Below, in pieces: positions 9,815-20,851 of a stretch of DNA of 64,000 nucleotides (positions are counted from its first letter, which is position 1; each line of letters opens with the position of its first letter). The DNA lies in the NCBI GenBank assembly GCA_017640505.1, contig JAEPQO010000001.1, positions 262,625-326,624 on the forward strand, written 5' to 3'. Source of the DNA: Rhodospirillales bacterium (GTDB lineage: Bacteria > Pseudomonadota > Alphaproteobacteria > Rhodospirillales > Casp-alpha2). The notes below the pieces were generated by a model that was given only the letters and a program-made list of their open reading frames with translations, was not told the DNA's origin and did not search any database. The translations under genes were made by a program, and so were the position numbers.

Positions 9815-10888
9815 ATGGACAATCCGGACCAGCTTCGAGACGACATCCTGAAAGACGTCGACGCCGCATCGAGCGTCGATGCGCTGGAGGAAATTCGCGT
9901 TTCCGTCCTCGGCAAGAAGGGCCGCATTACGGACATGATGAAGGGCCTTGGCCAGATGGCGCCGGAAGAACGCAAGGCTGCCGGCCAGGCGCTGAACGCC
10001 CTCAAGGATGAAATCGCCGACGCGCTCGAAACCAAGAAAACCGCGCTTGCCGATGCCGACCTCGATCGCCGCCTGATGACCGAGAAGATCGACGTCACGC
10101 TCCCCGCCGCGCCGGAAACCCTGGGCGCCATCCACCCCATCAGCCAGACCATCGACGAGATCACCGCGATTTTCGGCGAAATGGGCTTCACCGTCGCCGA
10201 AGGCCCGGACATCGAGGACGACTGGCACAACTTCACGGCGCTGAACATTCCCGCCGATCACCCGGCGCGCCAGGAGCACGATACGTTCTACCTGCCGGGC
10301 GAGCACGGTGAGCGCAAGGTGCTCCGCACCCACACCAGCCCGGTTCAGATCCGTACCATGTCGGCGACCAAACCGCCGATCCGAATCATCACGCCGGGCC
10401 GCACGTACCGTTCCGATTACGACGCAACCCATTCGCCGATGTTCCACCAGGTCGAAGGCTTGGTCATCGACAAGACGTCGCACATGGGCCATCTGAAGGG
10501 CTGCCTGATCGAGTTCTGCAGCGCGTTCTTCGAAGTGGACGACCTGCCGGTGCGCTTTCGTCCAAGCTACTTCCCGTTCACCGAACCCTCGGCGGAAGTC
10601 GATATCGGCTGCACCCGCGAGGGCGGCGAGTTCCGCATCGGGCACGGAGACGACTGGCTGGAAATTCTCGGTTCCGGCATGGTCAATCCGAACGTGCTCT
10701 CAAACTGCGGCATCGATCCGACCGAGTATCAGGGCTTTGCCTTCGGTATCGGTATCGAGCGTCTGGCGATGCTGAAATACGGCATCCCCGATCTGCGCAC
10801 GTTCTTCGAAAGCGACCTCCGGTGGCTCCGGCACTACGGGTTCCGCTCGCTCGAGGTGCCCGGCATGGTGGGAGGACTTGTGCGATGA
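9815..10888 (+). CDS. pheS: phenylalanine--tRNA ligase alpha subunit
   Basis: [12 protein letters not shown]..., class II motifs ([27 protein letters not shown]). Start trimmed to ATG 9815. Confidence 0.95.
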   Translation: MDNPDQLRDDILKDVDAASSVDALEEIRVSVLGKKGRITDMMKGLGQMAPEERKAAGQALNALKDEIADALETKKTALADADLDRRLMTEKIDVTLPAAPETLGAIHPISQTIDEITAIFGEMGFTVAEGPDIEDDWHNFTALNIPADHPARQEHDTFYLPGEHGERKVLRTHTSPVQIRTMSATKPPIRIITPGRTYRSDYDATHSPMFHQVEGLVIDKTSHMGHLKGCLIEFCSAFFEVDDLPVRFRPSYFPFTEPSAEVDIGCTREGGEFRIGHGDDWLEILGSGMVNPNVLSNCGIDPTEYQGFAFGIGIERLAMLKYGIPDLRTFFESDLRWLRHYGFRSLEVPGMVGGLVR

Positions 10889-13290
10889 AATTCACCCTTT
10901 CCTGGCTCAAGGAACACCTCGACACCAACGCGTCGCTGACGGAAATCACCGATGCACTGACCATGGTCGGTCTCGAACTCGAAGGGGTCGAGGACCGCGC
11001 CAAGGGACTGGAAACCTTCGTCACCGCCAAGGTGATCGAAGCGAAACAGCACCCCAACGCCGACCGGCTGCGGGTTTGCCAGGTCGATCCCGGCAACGGC
11101 GAAACGGTCGAGCTCGTGTGCGGCGCACCCAATGCGCGCACCGGCATGATCGGCGTGTTCGCGCCCGGCGGGTCCTACATCCCCGGTATCGACGTCACCC
11201 TGAAACCGACCGAGATCCGGGGCGTGCTGTCCAACGGCATGCTGCTGTCCGAACGCGAGATGGGGATTTCCGACGAGCACGACGGCATCGTCGAGCTGCC
11301 GGAAGACACCCCGATCGGCAAACCGGCCGTCGATATCATGGGCCTCGCTGATCCGATCATCGATATCGCGATTACGCCGAACCGGGGCGACTGCCTGGGC
11401 GTGCGCGGCGTCGCACGCGATCTGGCCGCCGCCGGGATCGGTTCGCTGAAGCCGCTCGCCAACGGTCCGGTACCGGGCAGCTTCGAAAGCCCGATCAAGG
11501 TGCATCTCGAATTCGACGATCCCGACAACAAGCCGTGCCCGTACTTCGTTGGCCGCTACGTCAAGGGCGTCACCAACGGCGAGAGCCCGGACTGGCTGAA
11601 GGAAAAACTTCTCGCCATCGGCCTTCGCCCGATCTCGGCCCTGGTCGACATCACCAACCTGATGACCATCGACCTGAACCGGCCGCTGCACGTGTTCGAT
11701 GCCGACAAGGTGAAAGGCGACATCCGGGTGCGTTTGTCGAAGTCCGGCGAAAAGATGCTGGCGCTCAACGAGAAGGAATACACCTTCGACGACGAGATGA
11801 CCCTCATCACCGACGACAACGGTCCCGAGGGCCTTGGCGGCGTTATGGGCGGCGAGGTGTCCGGTGTTACCGAAGAGACCGTCAACGTGTTCATCGAAAG
11901 CGCGTATTTCGATCCGGTGCGCACGGCCATGACCGGCCGCAAGTTGCAGATCATCTCGGACGCGCGTTATCGCTTCGAACGCGGCATCGATCCGGCGTTC
12001 CTGGAAACCGGGATGGAGATCGCGACGCGGCTCGTTATGGATCTCTGCGGCGGCGAGCCGTCCGAGGTCGTCGTTGCCGGCGGTAACCCGGATCCGGGCC
12101 GGAGCCTCGATTTCCGCCCGGACCGAGTCCGGGAACTGACCGGTGTCGAGGTGACCCGCGATGAAATCCAGCGCATCCTTGCCGTGCTCGGCTTCGAGAT
12201 TTCCGGCGACGGCGATACATGGCAGGTTCAAATTCCGTCCTGGCGCAGCGACATCGTGCACGAAGCCTGCCTGGTCGAGGAAGTGATCCGCATCAACGGT
12301 TTCGACAACATCCCGGCAACGCCGCTGCCGCGCGAAACGACGCTGCCGAAACCGGCAATGAACGAGTCCCAGAAGCGCCGCGCCATCGCGCGCCGGACGT
12401 TGGCGGCGCGTAGCCTGACCGAGGCGGTGACCTATTCGTTCATGGGCGAGAAGGAAGCCGCACTGTTCGCCGATATCCCGGACAGCATCCGGATCGGCAA
12501 CCCGATCAGTTCCGAGCTTTCCGTCATGCGGCCGAGCGCGCTCGCCAACCTGATCCAGGCCGCGGGCCGCAATGCCGCGCGCGGCTTCGCTAACGCCGAC
12601 CTGTTCGAGGTCGGACCCGAGTACTTCGGCGACGGCCCCGACGAGCAGCGCATTGCCGCGGCCGGTATCCGTACCGGTCAGACCGGGCCGAAACACTGGT
12701 CCGACGCACCCGCGCCGGTCGATGCCTACATGGCCAAGGCGGATGCGATGGCGGTGCTTGAAGCCCTCGGTGCGCCGGTCGGCAACCTGCAGGTGTTCAC
12801 CGACGTACAGGGCTACTATCACCCGGGCCGCGCCGGTGAACTGCGCCTTGGGCCGAAGAACACGCTGGCGCGCTTCGGCGAGGTCAACCCGAAGGTGCTG
12901 CGCGCGCTCGACGTCAAAGGCCCGGTGGTCGCGTTCGAGATCTATCCGGACGCCGTGCCGCAACCCAAGGCGAAATCCGCCGCCCGGCCGCTGCTGACGC
13001 TGTCCGCATTCCAGCCGATCGAGCGCGACTTCGCGTTCGTGGTCGATGCGGACGTGGAAGCGGCCGAGATCGTCAAGGCCGCGCGCGGTGCGGAGAAGGT
13101 GCTGATCGACGATGTCCGCGTGTTCGACGTGTTCGAAGGCGCGTCACTCGGTGAGGGTAAGAAGTCCCTCGCCATCACGGTGGTGCTGCAGCCGACGGAA
13201 AACACGCTGACCGACGAAGAGATCGAGGGCATTTCGCAGAAGATCGTCCAGGCGGTCGAGAAAGCGACGGGCGGCACGCTCAGGGGGTAG
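10885..13290 (+). CDS. pheT: phenylalanine--tRNA ligase beta subunit
   Basis: [14 protein letters not shown]... is the canonical PheT N-terminus. ATGA overlap with the pheS stop (10885-10888). Confidence 0.95.
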   Translation: MKFTLSWLKEHLDTNASLTEITDALTMVGLELEGVEDRAKGLETFVTAKVIEAKQHPNADRLRVCQVDPGNGETVELVCGAPNARTGMIGVFAPGGSYIPGIDVTLKPTEIRGVLSNGMLLSEREMGISDEHDGIVELPEDTPIGKPAVDIMGLADPIIDIAITPNRGDCLGVRGVARDLAAAGIGSLKPLANGPVPGSFESPIKVHLEFDDPDNKPCPYFVGRYVKGVTNGESPDWLKEKLLAIGLRPISALVDITNLMTIDLNRPLHVFDADKVKGDIRVRLSKSGEKMLALNEKEYTFDDEMTLITDDNGPEGLGGVMGGEVSGVTEETVNVFIESAYFDPVRTAMTGRKLQIISDARYRFERGIDPAFLETGMEIATRLVMDLCGGEPSEVVVAGGNPDPGRSLDFRPDRVRELTGVEVTRDEIQRILAVLGFEISGDGDTWQVQIPSWRSDIVHEACLVEEVIRINGFDNIPATPLPRETTLPKPAMNESQKRRAIARRTLAARSLTEAVTYSFMGEKEAALFADIPDSIRIGNPISSELSVMRPSALANLIQAAGRNAARGFANADLFEVGPEYFGDGPDEQRIAAAGIRTGQTGPKHWSDAPAPVDAYMAKADAMAVLEALGAPVGNLQVFTDVQGYYHPGRAGELRLGPKNTLARFGEVNPKVLRALDVKGPVVAFEIYPDAVPQPKAKSAARPLLTLSAFQPIERDFAFVVDADVEAAEIVKAARGAEKVLIDDVRVFDVFEGASLGEGKKSLAITVVLQPTENTLTDEEIEGISQKIVQAVEKATGGTLRG

Positions 13291-13292
13291 AT

Positions 13293-13397
13293 CCCCTCAC
13301 CCGACGCTCCGCGTCACCCTCTCCCAAGGGAGAGGGGAAATGTGCGATCATTCTCCGTGAGTCCCTTCTCCCTTTGGGAGAAGGACAGGATGAGGGG
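13293..13397. repeat. nested palindromic (REP-like) element / bidirectional terminator
   Basis: Outer arms CCCCTCA (13293-13299) and TGAGGGG (13391-13397). Two inner hairpins: CCCTCTCCC-aa-GGGAGAGGG (13317-13336) and CCTTCTCCC-ttt-GGGAGAAGG (13364-13384). Sits between convergent pheT and the cyclase gene. Confidence 0.6.
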
Positions 13398-13399
13398 GG

Positions 13400-14716
13400 C
13401 TAAGCCGGCGAATACACCTTCACCGGCTGGGCGCGGCCCTTGACCTGCGTTTCACAGACGAGCCTGCAAGGATAGTCGCCATTCACCGCGGCGTGCGTCG
13501 CTTCGCCCATCATGATGTAAGTCCCGTAGTCCTTGTTGAGCTGTTCGAGCCGGGCGGCGATGTTGACGTTATCGCCGTGCACCGTGAACACGAGCCGGTC
13601 CTGCGCGCCGACCGCACCGACCGTGATCTCGCCGGTGTTGATGCCGCAGCGGGTCTTGAGCGCAACGCCATTGAAGGTCCGGGTGCGCGCCACCTCCTCA
13701 ATCTCCAGGGCGGTGCGGATTGCGTTCCGCGCATGATCCGGGTCTTCCTGCACGGCATTGAATGTGATCAGCATCAGGTCGCCCTCGAACAGCGTGATGA
13801 CGCCGCCGTGACGGTCGATGACCTCGCCCATGGCACCGAAGTACTCGTTCAGCGTCTTGGCAAGTTCCTGCGCCGACATGTTTTCGGACACCGTCGAATA
13901 CCCCTCGATATCCGTGAAGATGATCGTCGCTTCCCGGCTTTCGCCGTCACCCGGCTGGATCTGCCGGTCGGACGACGTGATGCGCTGCGCCACTTCCTTG
14001 GAGACGAAACGGGACAGATCTTCGGCCGCCGTCTGCTCGAGGACGGCCCGGAAAAACGCCCGGCGCGCGCGCACCACGGCGATGCTGAGGACGGCCGTGA
14101 CCAGCGCGATCGATACCATCTTGTCGATCTCGGCGCCGATCAGGACCGAGTTCGACGTCATGTACTGCACGTAGTCCCGCGTGATCATCGGATCGTCGGG
14201 CACGACGGACACCACGTACCAGACGAGGATGCTCCAGCCGACGATGGCCGTGATCCCGGCGGTCAGGATATAACGCGGCTCGAAGCGGAGCGCCCTGAGC
14301 GCGATGAAGATGAAGACGTACATGATCGTCGGCGCCTTCAGATAGAAGCTCGCCGGCTGCTCGTACTGGATATGGAAGCTCCAGATCAGCAGCATCAGCA
14401 ACGCCATGTCCATCAGCACGGAGATGGTGAGCAGCCAGTGCGGCAGGGCGATCCGGTAAGACAGCACCAGTCTGGTCACGGTAAAGACGAAGTATCCCGC
14501 CAGCGCCGTCGGGACGACCTGGAACGGGGTATCGGTCATGTTGACCTGTTGCGCGGCCAGCCAGAGACTGCCGAACAACAGGATCAGCGCGAACTGCACC
14601 CAGGAGATCAGTCGCTCGCTGACCGCCTGACGCTGCTCGATCTGCTGCTTAACCCGGGCCGGCAGAGCCTGCGGGACGGGTTCGCCGAAAACGAAGTCGG
14701 AAAGTTGCTGCCACAT
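13400..14716 (-). CDS. membrane-anchored class III adenylate/guanylate cyclase
   Basis: Several N-terminal hydrophobic helices, then a cyclase catalytic domain (ATIIFTDIEGYSTVSE, GDLMLITFN, RCGINTGEITVGAVG, FTVHGDNVNIAARLE). Confidence 0.85.
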   Translation of the reverse strand: MWQQLSDFVFGEPVPQALPARVKQQIEQRQAVSERLISWVQFALILLFGSLWLAAQQVNMTDTPFQVVPTALAGYFVFTVTRLVLSYRIALPHWLLTISVLMDMALLMLLIWSFHIQYEQPASFYLKAPTIMYVFIFIALRALRFEPRYILTAGITAIVGWSILVWYVVSVVPDDPMITRDYVQYMTSNSVLIGAEIDKMVSIALVTAVLSIAVVRARRAFFRAVLEQTAAEDLSRFVSKEVAQRITSSDRQIQPGDGESREATIIFTDIEGYSTVSENMSAQELAKTLNEYFGAMGEVIDRHGGVITLFEGDLMLITFNAVQEDPDHARNAIRTALEIEEVARTRTFNGVALKTRCGINTGEITVGAVGAQDRLVFTVHGDNVNIAARLEQLNKDYGTYIMMGEATHAAVNGDYPCRLVCETQVKGRAQPVKVYSPA

Positions 14717-15020
14717 GCGAGGCAGTTTAGCCGCAAGTGGCCGGCAAGCCAGTCACGAAATGGCGAGAGCGCCGTGACTTAAAGGTGACCTCAACGTGCG
14801 GACGGCGGGATGCGGAAAACGACCGGACGGGCATGACGGCGAAGGCCGAGCAGGCGCGCAACGCCACGGAAGAAATGTACCGTTTGCTGGGAGTGCCTGA
14901 AATCGATGTGTGTGAACATGGTCGTCGCCCTGTCGTCGAATTTGTTGATCGACTCATAGGCGCATGGAAGGTCGGAGTCTGTGACCGGCGTCACCCGAAC
15001 AGGGTTAACGCGCAGATTCT

Positions 15021-15722
15021 TCAGTCATAGGCGACGCCGGTGCCCTGCACTTCGGTGCCGCCTTCGCGGAACGCCTGGCGCACGGTACGGCGCTTGTTCT
15101 CCAGATGCTGTGACAGAATACCGGACAGCAGCTTGCCGTCACGCGCCTCGAGCGCGGAGAGGATTTCCTCGTGCTCCTTCATCGCCTGATCCCAGCGTTC
15201 CTTCGACATGTTGGACCAGTAGCGCGCGAGGCGGATGCGCCCGACCAGCGCATTGTACTGCGCCTCCAGCGTCGGGTTGCGGGCCGCCTTCAGGATCGCG
15301 TCATGGATCTGCCGGTTGAGCTGGAAATAGGGTGCCAGTTCGCCCCGCGTATGGTGCAGCGCCATCTGATAGTGCATCGCCCGGATCTCGGCGAATTCGG
15401 CGTCCGTCAGGTTGGCGCAGGCCAGTTCGCCGGAAAGCGCCTCGAGCGCGCCCATCACCGGGAAGATCTCGTCTATGTCGGCCTCGCTCAGCGTCGCCAC
15501 CCGCGCCCCCCGGTTCGGCAGCAGTTCCAGCAGCCCTTCGTTGCCGAGCACCTTGAGCGCTTCACGGAGTGGCGTCCGGGAAACGCCCAGCTGATCGCAG
15601 AGTTTCTGTTCCGGCACGCGGTCGCCGCCGCGAAGCTCACCGGAGAAAATCATCTCGCGGAGTTTCCCGACCAGTTCCTCGTGTAGCGTCGTGCGGGGCG
15701 TCGGCTGCGTCATTTCGTTCAT
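15021..15722 (-). CDS. GntR-family (FCD-type) transcriptional regulator
   Basis: Winged-HTH N-terminus (LCDQLGVSRTPLREALKVLGNEGLLE) and a helical FCD-like C-domain. 4-nt overlap with the upstream oxidoreductase gene. Confidence 0.85.
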   Translation of the reverse strand: MNEMTQPTPRTTLHEELVGKLREMIFSGELRGGDRVPEQKLCDQLGVSRTPLREALKVLGNEGLLELLPNRGARVATLSEADIDEIFPVMGALEALSGELACANLTDAEFAEIRAMHYQMALHHTRGELAPYFQLNRQIHDAILKAARNPTLEAQYNALVGRIRLARYWSNMSKERWDQAMKEHEEILSALEARDGKLLSGILSQHLENKRRTVRQAFREGGTEVQGTGVAYD

Positions 15723-18721
15723 GCCGCGTCCTCCTTCGTGGCCAGCGCCATGTCGAGCACCCGGGCGACGTGGACCGCATCGCGCGCCGCACCGTCAGCG
15801 ATCTGGTGACGGCAGCTCGTCCCGTCGGCGACGACAATGGTGTCTTTGTCCGTTTCCCGCACCTTCGGCAGCAGACTCAGCTCCGCCATCTTGATCGAGG
15901 TCTCGTAATTGGCGGCCTCGTAGCCGAAGGCTCCCGCCATGCCGCAACAACTGCTCTCAACCGTTTCGACCTTGAGGCCCGGCACGAACCCGAGCGCCTT
16001 CTCGACCGCGCCCATGGTGGCGAATGCCTTCTGGTGACAATGCCCGTGCAGCAACGCCTTGCCCTGCATCAGCGGCTGCAGGTCGAGACGGAACGTGCCG
16101 GCATCGATTTCCGACGCGATGAACTCCTCGAACAGCATGGCGTGCCTGGCGATGACCTCGGCCTCGTCCTTCGGCAGCAGGGACGAAAATTCGTCGCGCA
16201 GCGTGAACAGGCATGACGGCTCCAGGCCGATGATCGGCACACCGGCCATCACGAACGGCAGCACGGCATCGGCCATGCGCCGCGCTTCGGCCTTGGCCTC
16301 GTCGACTAAGCCGGCGGCGAGGAACGTACGTCCGCAGCAAAGCGGCCGTTCGCCCGCGTTCGGTTTCGCGACGACAACCCGGTAACCGGCGGCGTCCAGC
16401 ACGCGCTTCGCGGCATGCAGGTTCTCGGGCTCGAAATAGGTCGAGAACGTATCGGCGAACAGCACCACGGCCTGGCCGACCGGACAGCTTTCCGGATGGA
16501 CGCCCGCCGATCCGGCCTCGAAAATATCCCAGCGCCATTTCGGCAGCGTGCGCTTGGCCGAAAAGCCGAGCAGCCATTCCGACAGCTTGGCGAGACCGGG
16601 GACGGTATCGCGCAGGTTCAGCACGCCCGCCATTTTTGAGGCCATCGGCGCGTAGCGCGGCAAATACGCGATCAGCTTGTCCTTCAGCGAAACGCCGTGA
16701 CGCTTGTTGTAATGATAAAGGAACTCGACCTTCATCTTCGCCATGTCGATGCCGGTCGGGCATTCGCGCTTGCAACCCTTGCAGCCGACGCAGAGCTGCA
16801 TGGTGTCCTTCATGGCGTCCGACGTGAAAGCCTCGGCGCCCAGCTGACCCGAGATCGCGAGACGCAGGGTGTTGGCGCGGCCGCGCGTCAGGTGCTGCTC
16901 ATCGCCCGTCACGCGGAACGACGGGCACATGACGCCCGGATCCGGTTTGCGGCAGGCGCCGTTGTTGTTGCACATCTCGACCGCGCCGGAGAACCCGCCC
17001 CAGTCGGACCAGTCCATCGCGGTCTCGATCTCGATCGGCTGATAGCCCGGCTTGAAACGGAACAGCGAGCGGTCGTCCATCTTCGGCGGATCGACGATCT
17101 TGCCCGGATTGAACAGGCCGTCTTCGTCGAACGCCTGCTTCACGTTCCGGAAGGCCGCGACCATTTCCTTGCCGAACATCGGTTCGTGGAATTCGGACCG
17201 CACGAGGCCGTCGCCGTGCTCGCCGGAGTGCGAGCCCTTGTACTCGCGCACCATCTCGAACGCTTCCTCGGCGATGGCGCGCATCTGCTTGGCGCCCATT
17301 TCCTGTTTCAGGTTGACCACCGGGCGGACATGCAGCGTGCCGACGGAGGCATGCGCATACCACGTGCCTTCGGTGCCGTGCTTGTGAAAGACCTGCGTCA
17401 GGCGGTCGGTATACTCGGCCAGGTCTTCGAGCTGCACCGCGCAGTCCTCGATGAACGAGATCGGCTTCCCGTCACCCTTCATCGACATCATGATGTTGAG
17501 GCCGGACTTGCGGACCTCCCAGATCGCCTTCTGGAATTCGGGATCGATCGCTTCGACCACCGCGTCCGGGAAGCCGAGATCACCCATCAGCTCGCCCAGC
17601 TGCCTGAGGCGTTTCAGGTTCTCTTCGGGGTCCGGTTCGGCGAACTCCACCAGCAGCACGGCATCCGGCTCACCCTTGATGAACCGGTTGACGGTATAAG
17701 TGAAGATCGGGATCGCGCGGGAAAGCTCGATCATGGTGCGGTCGACGAGCTCGACGGCGACCGGCCCGAGTTTCACCAGATGCTGGGCCGCATCCATCGC
17801 GTCGTAGAACTTCGGGAAGTGACAGACACCCAAGGTCTTGTGCTTGGGCAGCGGCTGCAGGTCGATATCGACCGACGTCGAAAACGCGAGCGTCCCTTCG
17901 GAACCGATCAGCAGGTGCGCGAGGTTCGGCAGCGCCGCCGACTGATGAACCGTCTGGTTGTCCCAGCCGCCCCGCGCCGGGCCGGCCGGCATCAGCGCAT
18001 CGATGTTGTAGCCGCCGACGCGCCGCATAAGGTCGGGAAAGCGCGCCTTGATAAGTTCTTCGTTATCGCGGCCGATACCGAGCAGCTTCGCCACCAGGTC
18101 GCGCTGCGTGTCACTCAGGTGCGCCATTGTCTGGTTGTCGGACACCTCGCCGAAGTGCATGTCGGCACCGTCGGCGAGCACGGCATCGATGGCGCGCACG
18201 TTGTCGCGCATGGTGCCGTAGCGGATCGAGCGCGAGCCGCAGGAGTTGTTACCGGTCATGCCGCCGATGGTGGCGCGGCTCGACGTCGAGACGTCGACCG
18301 GGAACCAGAGACCGTGCGGCTTCAGATACGCGTTCAGGCGGTCCAGCACGATGCCGGGCTCGACGCGCGCGGTGCGTGACGACGCATCGAATTCCAGCAC
18401 GTTATTCATGAATTTCGAAGTGTCGAGAACGATGGCCTCGCCGACTGTCTGCCCGCATTGCGAGGTGCCGCCGCCCCGCGGCAGCACCGGCATGCCCTCG
18501 TCCCGCGCGATATCGATAACGGCGCGCACGTCGTCCGCCGTTTCCGGCACCACGACGCCGACGGGTTCGATCTGATAGAATGACGCGTCCGTGGCATAGC
18601 GCCCACGTGAAAACGGGTCGAACAGGACGCGGCCGGAAACGGCCTTGTCGATCCGTTTTGCGAGTTTTTCGTCGCCGATCCGGCCGGTGGCGCGCAATCC
18701 GTAGTCGTCGCGGGGCATCAA
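15719..18721 (-). CDS. FAD-binding + 4Fe-4S + CCG-domain oxidoreductase (GlcD/GlcF-type fusion, YdiJ-like)
   Basis: 1000 aa. PCMH-type FAD domain (PRGGGTSQCGQ), ferredoxin-type cysteine clusters (CNNNGACRK, CVGCKGCKRECP) and C-terminal Cys-rich repeats. Confidence 0.8.
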   Translation of the reverse strand: MMPRDDYGLRATGRIGDEKLAKRIDKAVSGRVLFDPFSRGRYATDASFYQIEPVGVVVPETADDVRAVIDIARDEGMPVLPRGGGTSQCGQTVGEAIVLDTSKFMNNVLEFDASSRTARVEPGIVLDRLNAYLKPHGLWFPVDVSTSSRATIGGMTGNNSCGSRSIRYGTMRDNVRAIDAVLADGADMHFGEVSDNQTMAHLSDTQRDLVAKLLGIGRDNEELIKARFPDLMRRVGGYNIDALMPAGPARGGWDNQTVHQSAALPNLAHLLIGSEGTLAFSTSVDIDLQPLPKHKTLGVCHFPKFYDAMDAAQHLVKLGPVAVELVDRTMIELSRAIPIFTYTVNRFIKGEPDAVLLVEFAEPDPEENLKRLRQLGELMGDLGFPDAVVEAIDPEFQKAIWEVRKSGLNIMMSMKGDGKPISFIEDCAVQLEDLAEYTDRLTQVFHKHGTEGTWYAHASVGTLHVRPVVNLKQEMGAKQMRAIAEEAFEMVREYKGSHSGEHGDGLVRSEFHEPMFGKEMVAAFRNVKQAFDEDGLFNPGKIVDPPKMDDRSLFRFKPGYQPIEIETAMDWSDWGGFSGAVEMCNNNGACRKPDPGVMCPSFRVTGDEQHLTRGRANTLRLAISGQLGAEAFTSDAMKDTMQLCVGCKGCKRECPTGIDMAKMKVEFLYHYNKRHGVSLKDKLIAYLPRYAPMASKMAGVLNLRDTVPGLAKLSEWLLGFSAKRTLPKWRWDIFEAGSAGVHPESCPVGQAVVLFADTFSTYFEPENLHAAKRVLDAAGYRVVVAKPNAGERPLCCGRTFLAAGLVDEAKAEARRMADAVLPFVMAGVPIIGLEPSCLFTLRDEFSSLLPKDEAEVIARHAMLFEEFIASEIDAGTFRLDLQPLMQGKALLHGHCHQKAFATMGAVEKALGFVPGLKVETVESSCCGMAGAFGYEAANYETSIKMAELSLLPKVRETDKDTIVVADGTSCRHQIADGAARDAVHVARVLDMALATKEDAA

Positions 18722-18750
18722 TGTCTCCTTGCTAGCGGATTGATGCTACT

Positions 18751-18830
18751 AAATTGTATGCAAAAATCAACACTGAAATAGAAACCCGCAGAAAATAAGG
18801 GTTGATTGACCTGAAAATTGTATTCATTAT
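18751..18830 (+). promoter_or_regulatory. candidate promoter plus duplicated 12-mer (possible GntR operator)
   Basis: AAATTGTATGCA (18751-18762) and AAATTGTATTCA (18815-18826). TTGATT (18802-18807), 17 nt, CATTAT (18825-18830). The second 12-mer lies over the spacer and -10. Confidence 0.35.
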
Positions 18831-18868
18831 CCGCGAAATCACAACGCAGCCGTTCACGGAGGAACATC

Positions 18869-20044
18869 ATGGCGTATAAAAGCGGCCGACATTTTCTGCA
18901 GATCCCGGGCCCGAGCCCGGTCCCCGACCGCATTCTGAGGGCCATGGACATGCCGGTGATCGATCACCGCGGCCCCGAGTTCGGCGAGTTGGGCAAGCGC
19001 GTCCTGGAAAAACTGAAGGGCGTGTTCAAGACCGAATGCCCGGTCATCGTCTTCCCGTCATCGGGCACCGGCGCGTGGGAAGCAGCCCTCGTCAACGCGC
19101 TCAGCCCCGGCGACAAGGTACTGATGTACGAAACAGGCCAGTTCGCCACGCTGTGGCATGAACTGGCGACGCGCGTCGGGCTTGAGCCGGAATTCATTCC
19201 CGGCGACTGGCGCCACGGCGTCGATCCGGAAAAGGTCGCGGCGCGTCTTCGCGAAGACACGAACCACGAGATCAAGGCCGTCTGCTGCGTGCACAACGAA
19301 ACATCGACCGGCGTCACGTCGCGCATCGGCGAGGTGCGCAAGGCGATCGACAGCACTGGCCACCCGGCGCTGTTCATGGTCGACACCATCTCCGGTCTGG
19401 CGTCGGCGGATTACCGCCACGACGAATGGGGTGTCGACGTCACCGTCACCGGCTCACAGAAGGGCCTCATGCTGCCGCCGGGTCTCGGCTTCAACTGCGT
19501 CTCGCAGAAAGCGCTCGATGCCCACGAAAAGAGCGGCTTCAAGAAATCCTACTGGGACTGGGGCGCGATGCTTGGCAATAATGCCAGCGGGTTCTTCCCC
19601 TATACGCCGGCAACTAACTTGCTTTACGGCCTCGAAGAAGCGCTCAAGATGCTGCTCGACGAGGAAGGGCTCGAGAACGTGTTCACGCGCCACCAGCGCC
19701 ACGCCAAGGCGTGCCGTATCGCCGTTGAACACTGGGGCCTCGAAACGCTCTGCCAGGTCGAGGAAGAACATTCGCCCGTGCTGACCGGTGTCGTCGTGCC
19801 GGACGGCCATGACGCCGACGAGATCCGCAAGCTGATCCTCGACAAGTTCGACATGTCGCTCGGCACCGGCCTCGGCAAGGTGAAGGGCAAGGTTTTCCGC
19901 ATCGGCCACCTCGGTCACTTCAACGATCTGACCCTGATGGGCACTCTTTCCGGTGTCGAAATGGGCCTCGCGCTGGCCGGTGTGCCGATCAATAAGGGCG
20001 GCTGCCAGGCAGCGATGGACTTCCTCGCGGAAACAGCGGACTGA
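18869..20044 (+). CDS. class V aminotransferase (serine/alanine-glyoxylate aminotransferase-like)
   Basis: MAYKSGRHFLQIPGPSPVPDRIL N-terminus and TGSQKGLMLPPGLG PLP-lysine motif. Start ATG 18869 follows GGAGGA. Confidence 0.8.
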   Translation: MAYKSGRHFLQIPGPSPVPDRILRAMDMPVIDHRGPEFGELGKRVLEKLKGVFKTECPVIVFPSSGTGAWEAALVNALSPGDKVLMYETGQFATLWHELATRVGLEPEFIPGDWRHGVDPEKVAARLREDTNHEIKAVCCVHNETSTGVTSRIGEVRKAIDSTGHPALFMVDTISGLASADYRHDEWGVDVTVTGSQKGLMLPPGLGFNCVSQKALDAHEKSGFKKSYWDWGAMLGNNASGFFPYTPATNLLYGLEEALKMLLDEEGLENVFTRHQRHAKACRIAVEHWGLETLCQVEEEHSPVLTGVVVPDGHDADEIRKLILDKFDMSLGTGLGKVKGKVFRIGHLGHFNDLTLMGTLSGVEMGLALAGVPINKGGCQAAMDFLAETAD

Positions 20045-20047
20045 CCG

Positions 20048-20833
20048 ATGGCTGAGGATACAATTCTTGTTGAACGTGACGACAAGGACATCGTCACGAT
20101 CACGATCAACCGCCCGGACAAGCTGAACGCCCTGACCAAGACCATGTGGGGCAAGTTGGGCGAGACGTTCGCGGAGCTGGCCAAGGACGACGGTGTTCGC
20201 TGCATCATCCTGACGGGTGCCGGGGAAAAGTCGTTCAGCCCGGGCAACGATATCTCCGAGTTCGAGACCGACCGCTCGAATTCGGAACAGGCCGCCGCCT
20301 ACGGCGCCCTGATGGCACGGAACATCGACGCCATGCGCGCCTGTCCGCATCCGACGGTCGCCGCCATCCGCGGCATCTGCGTCGGCGGCGGCATGGAGAT
20401 TGCCGGGCTTTGCGATATCCGGATCTGCGGTGAAGGCTCGCGTTTCGGTGCGCCGATCTCCAAGCTCGGCCTCGTCATGGGCTATCACGAGATCGGTGCG
20501 CTTAAATCCCTCGTCGGCGCGGGTCCGGCGCTTGAGATTCTTTTGGAAGGCCGCATCTTCGGCTCGGAAGAAGCCCTCCGGCTTGGCGTCGTATCACGTG
20601 TCGTTGCGGATGCGGAGGTGATGAACGAGGCCCGTGCCGCTGCCGAACGTGTCGCCGCCGGGGCACCGCTGGTACATCGCTGGCACAAGAAATTCCTGGA
20701 ACGCCTCGAAGATCCGACCCCGCTGACGGAACAGGAGATCGCGGAAGGTTTCGAATGTTATGACACCGAAGACTTCCAAACCGGCTACAAAGCATTTCTG
20801 GAGAAAAAGACGCCCGCGTTTAAAGGGCGCTAA
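20048..20833 (+). CDS. enoyl-CoA hydratase/isomerase (crotonase) family protein
   Basis: LNALT, GAGEKSFSPGNDISEF and CVGGGMEIA oxyanion-hole motifs. Confidence 0.85.
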   Translation: MAEDTILVERDDKDIVTITINRPDKLNALTKTMWGKLGETFAELAKDDGVRCIILTGAGEKSFSPGNDISEFETDRSNSEQAAAYGALMARNIDAMRACPHPTVAAIRGICVGGGMEIAGLCDIRICGEGSRFGAPISKLGLVMGYHEIGALKSLVGAGPALEILLEGRIFGSEEALRLGVVSRVVADAEVMNEARAAAERVAAGAPLVHRWHKKFLERLEDPTPLTEQEIAEGFECYDTEDFQTGYKAFLEKKTPAFKGR

Positions 20834-20851
20834 TAAGAAGGGAAGACATCC

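Noticed and set aside
14717-15020. Small ORFs (14737-15030 plus strand, 14791-14994 minus strand) in the 304-nt gap between the cyclase and GntR genes.
   Set aside because: They overlap each other, have no SD sequences or recognisable motifs, and their composition is typical of non-coding high-GC DNA. The gap is more likely the cyclase promoter region.
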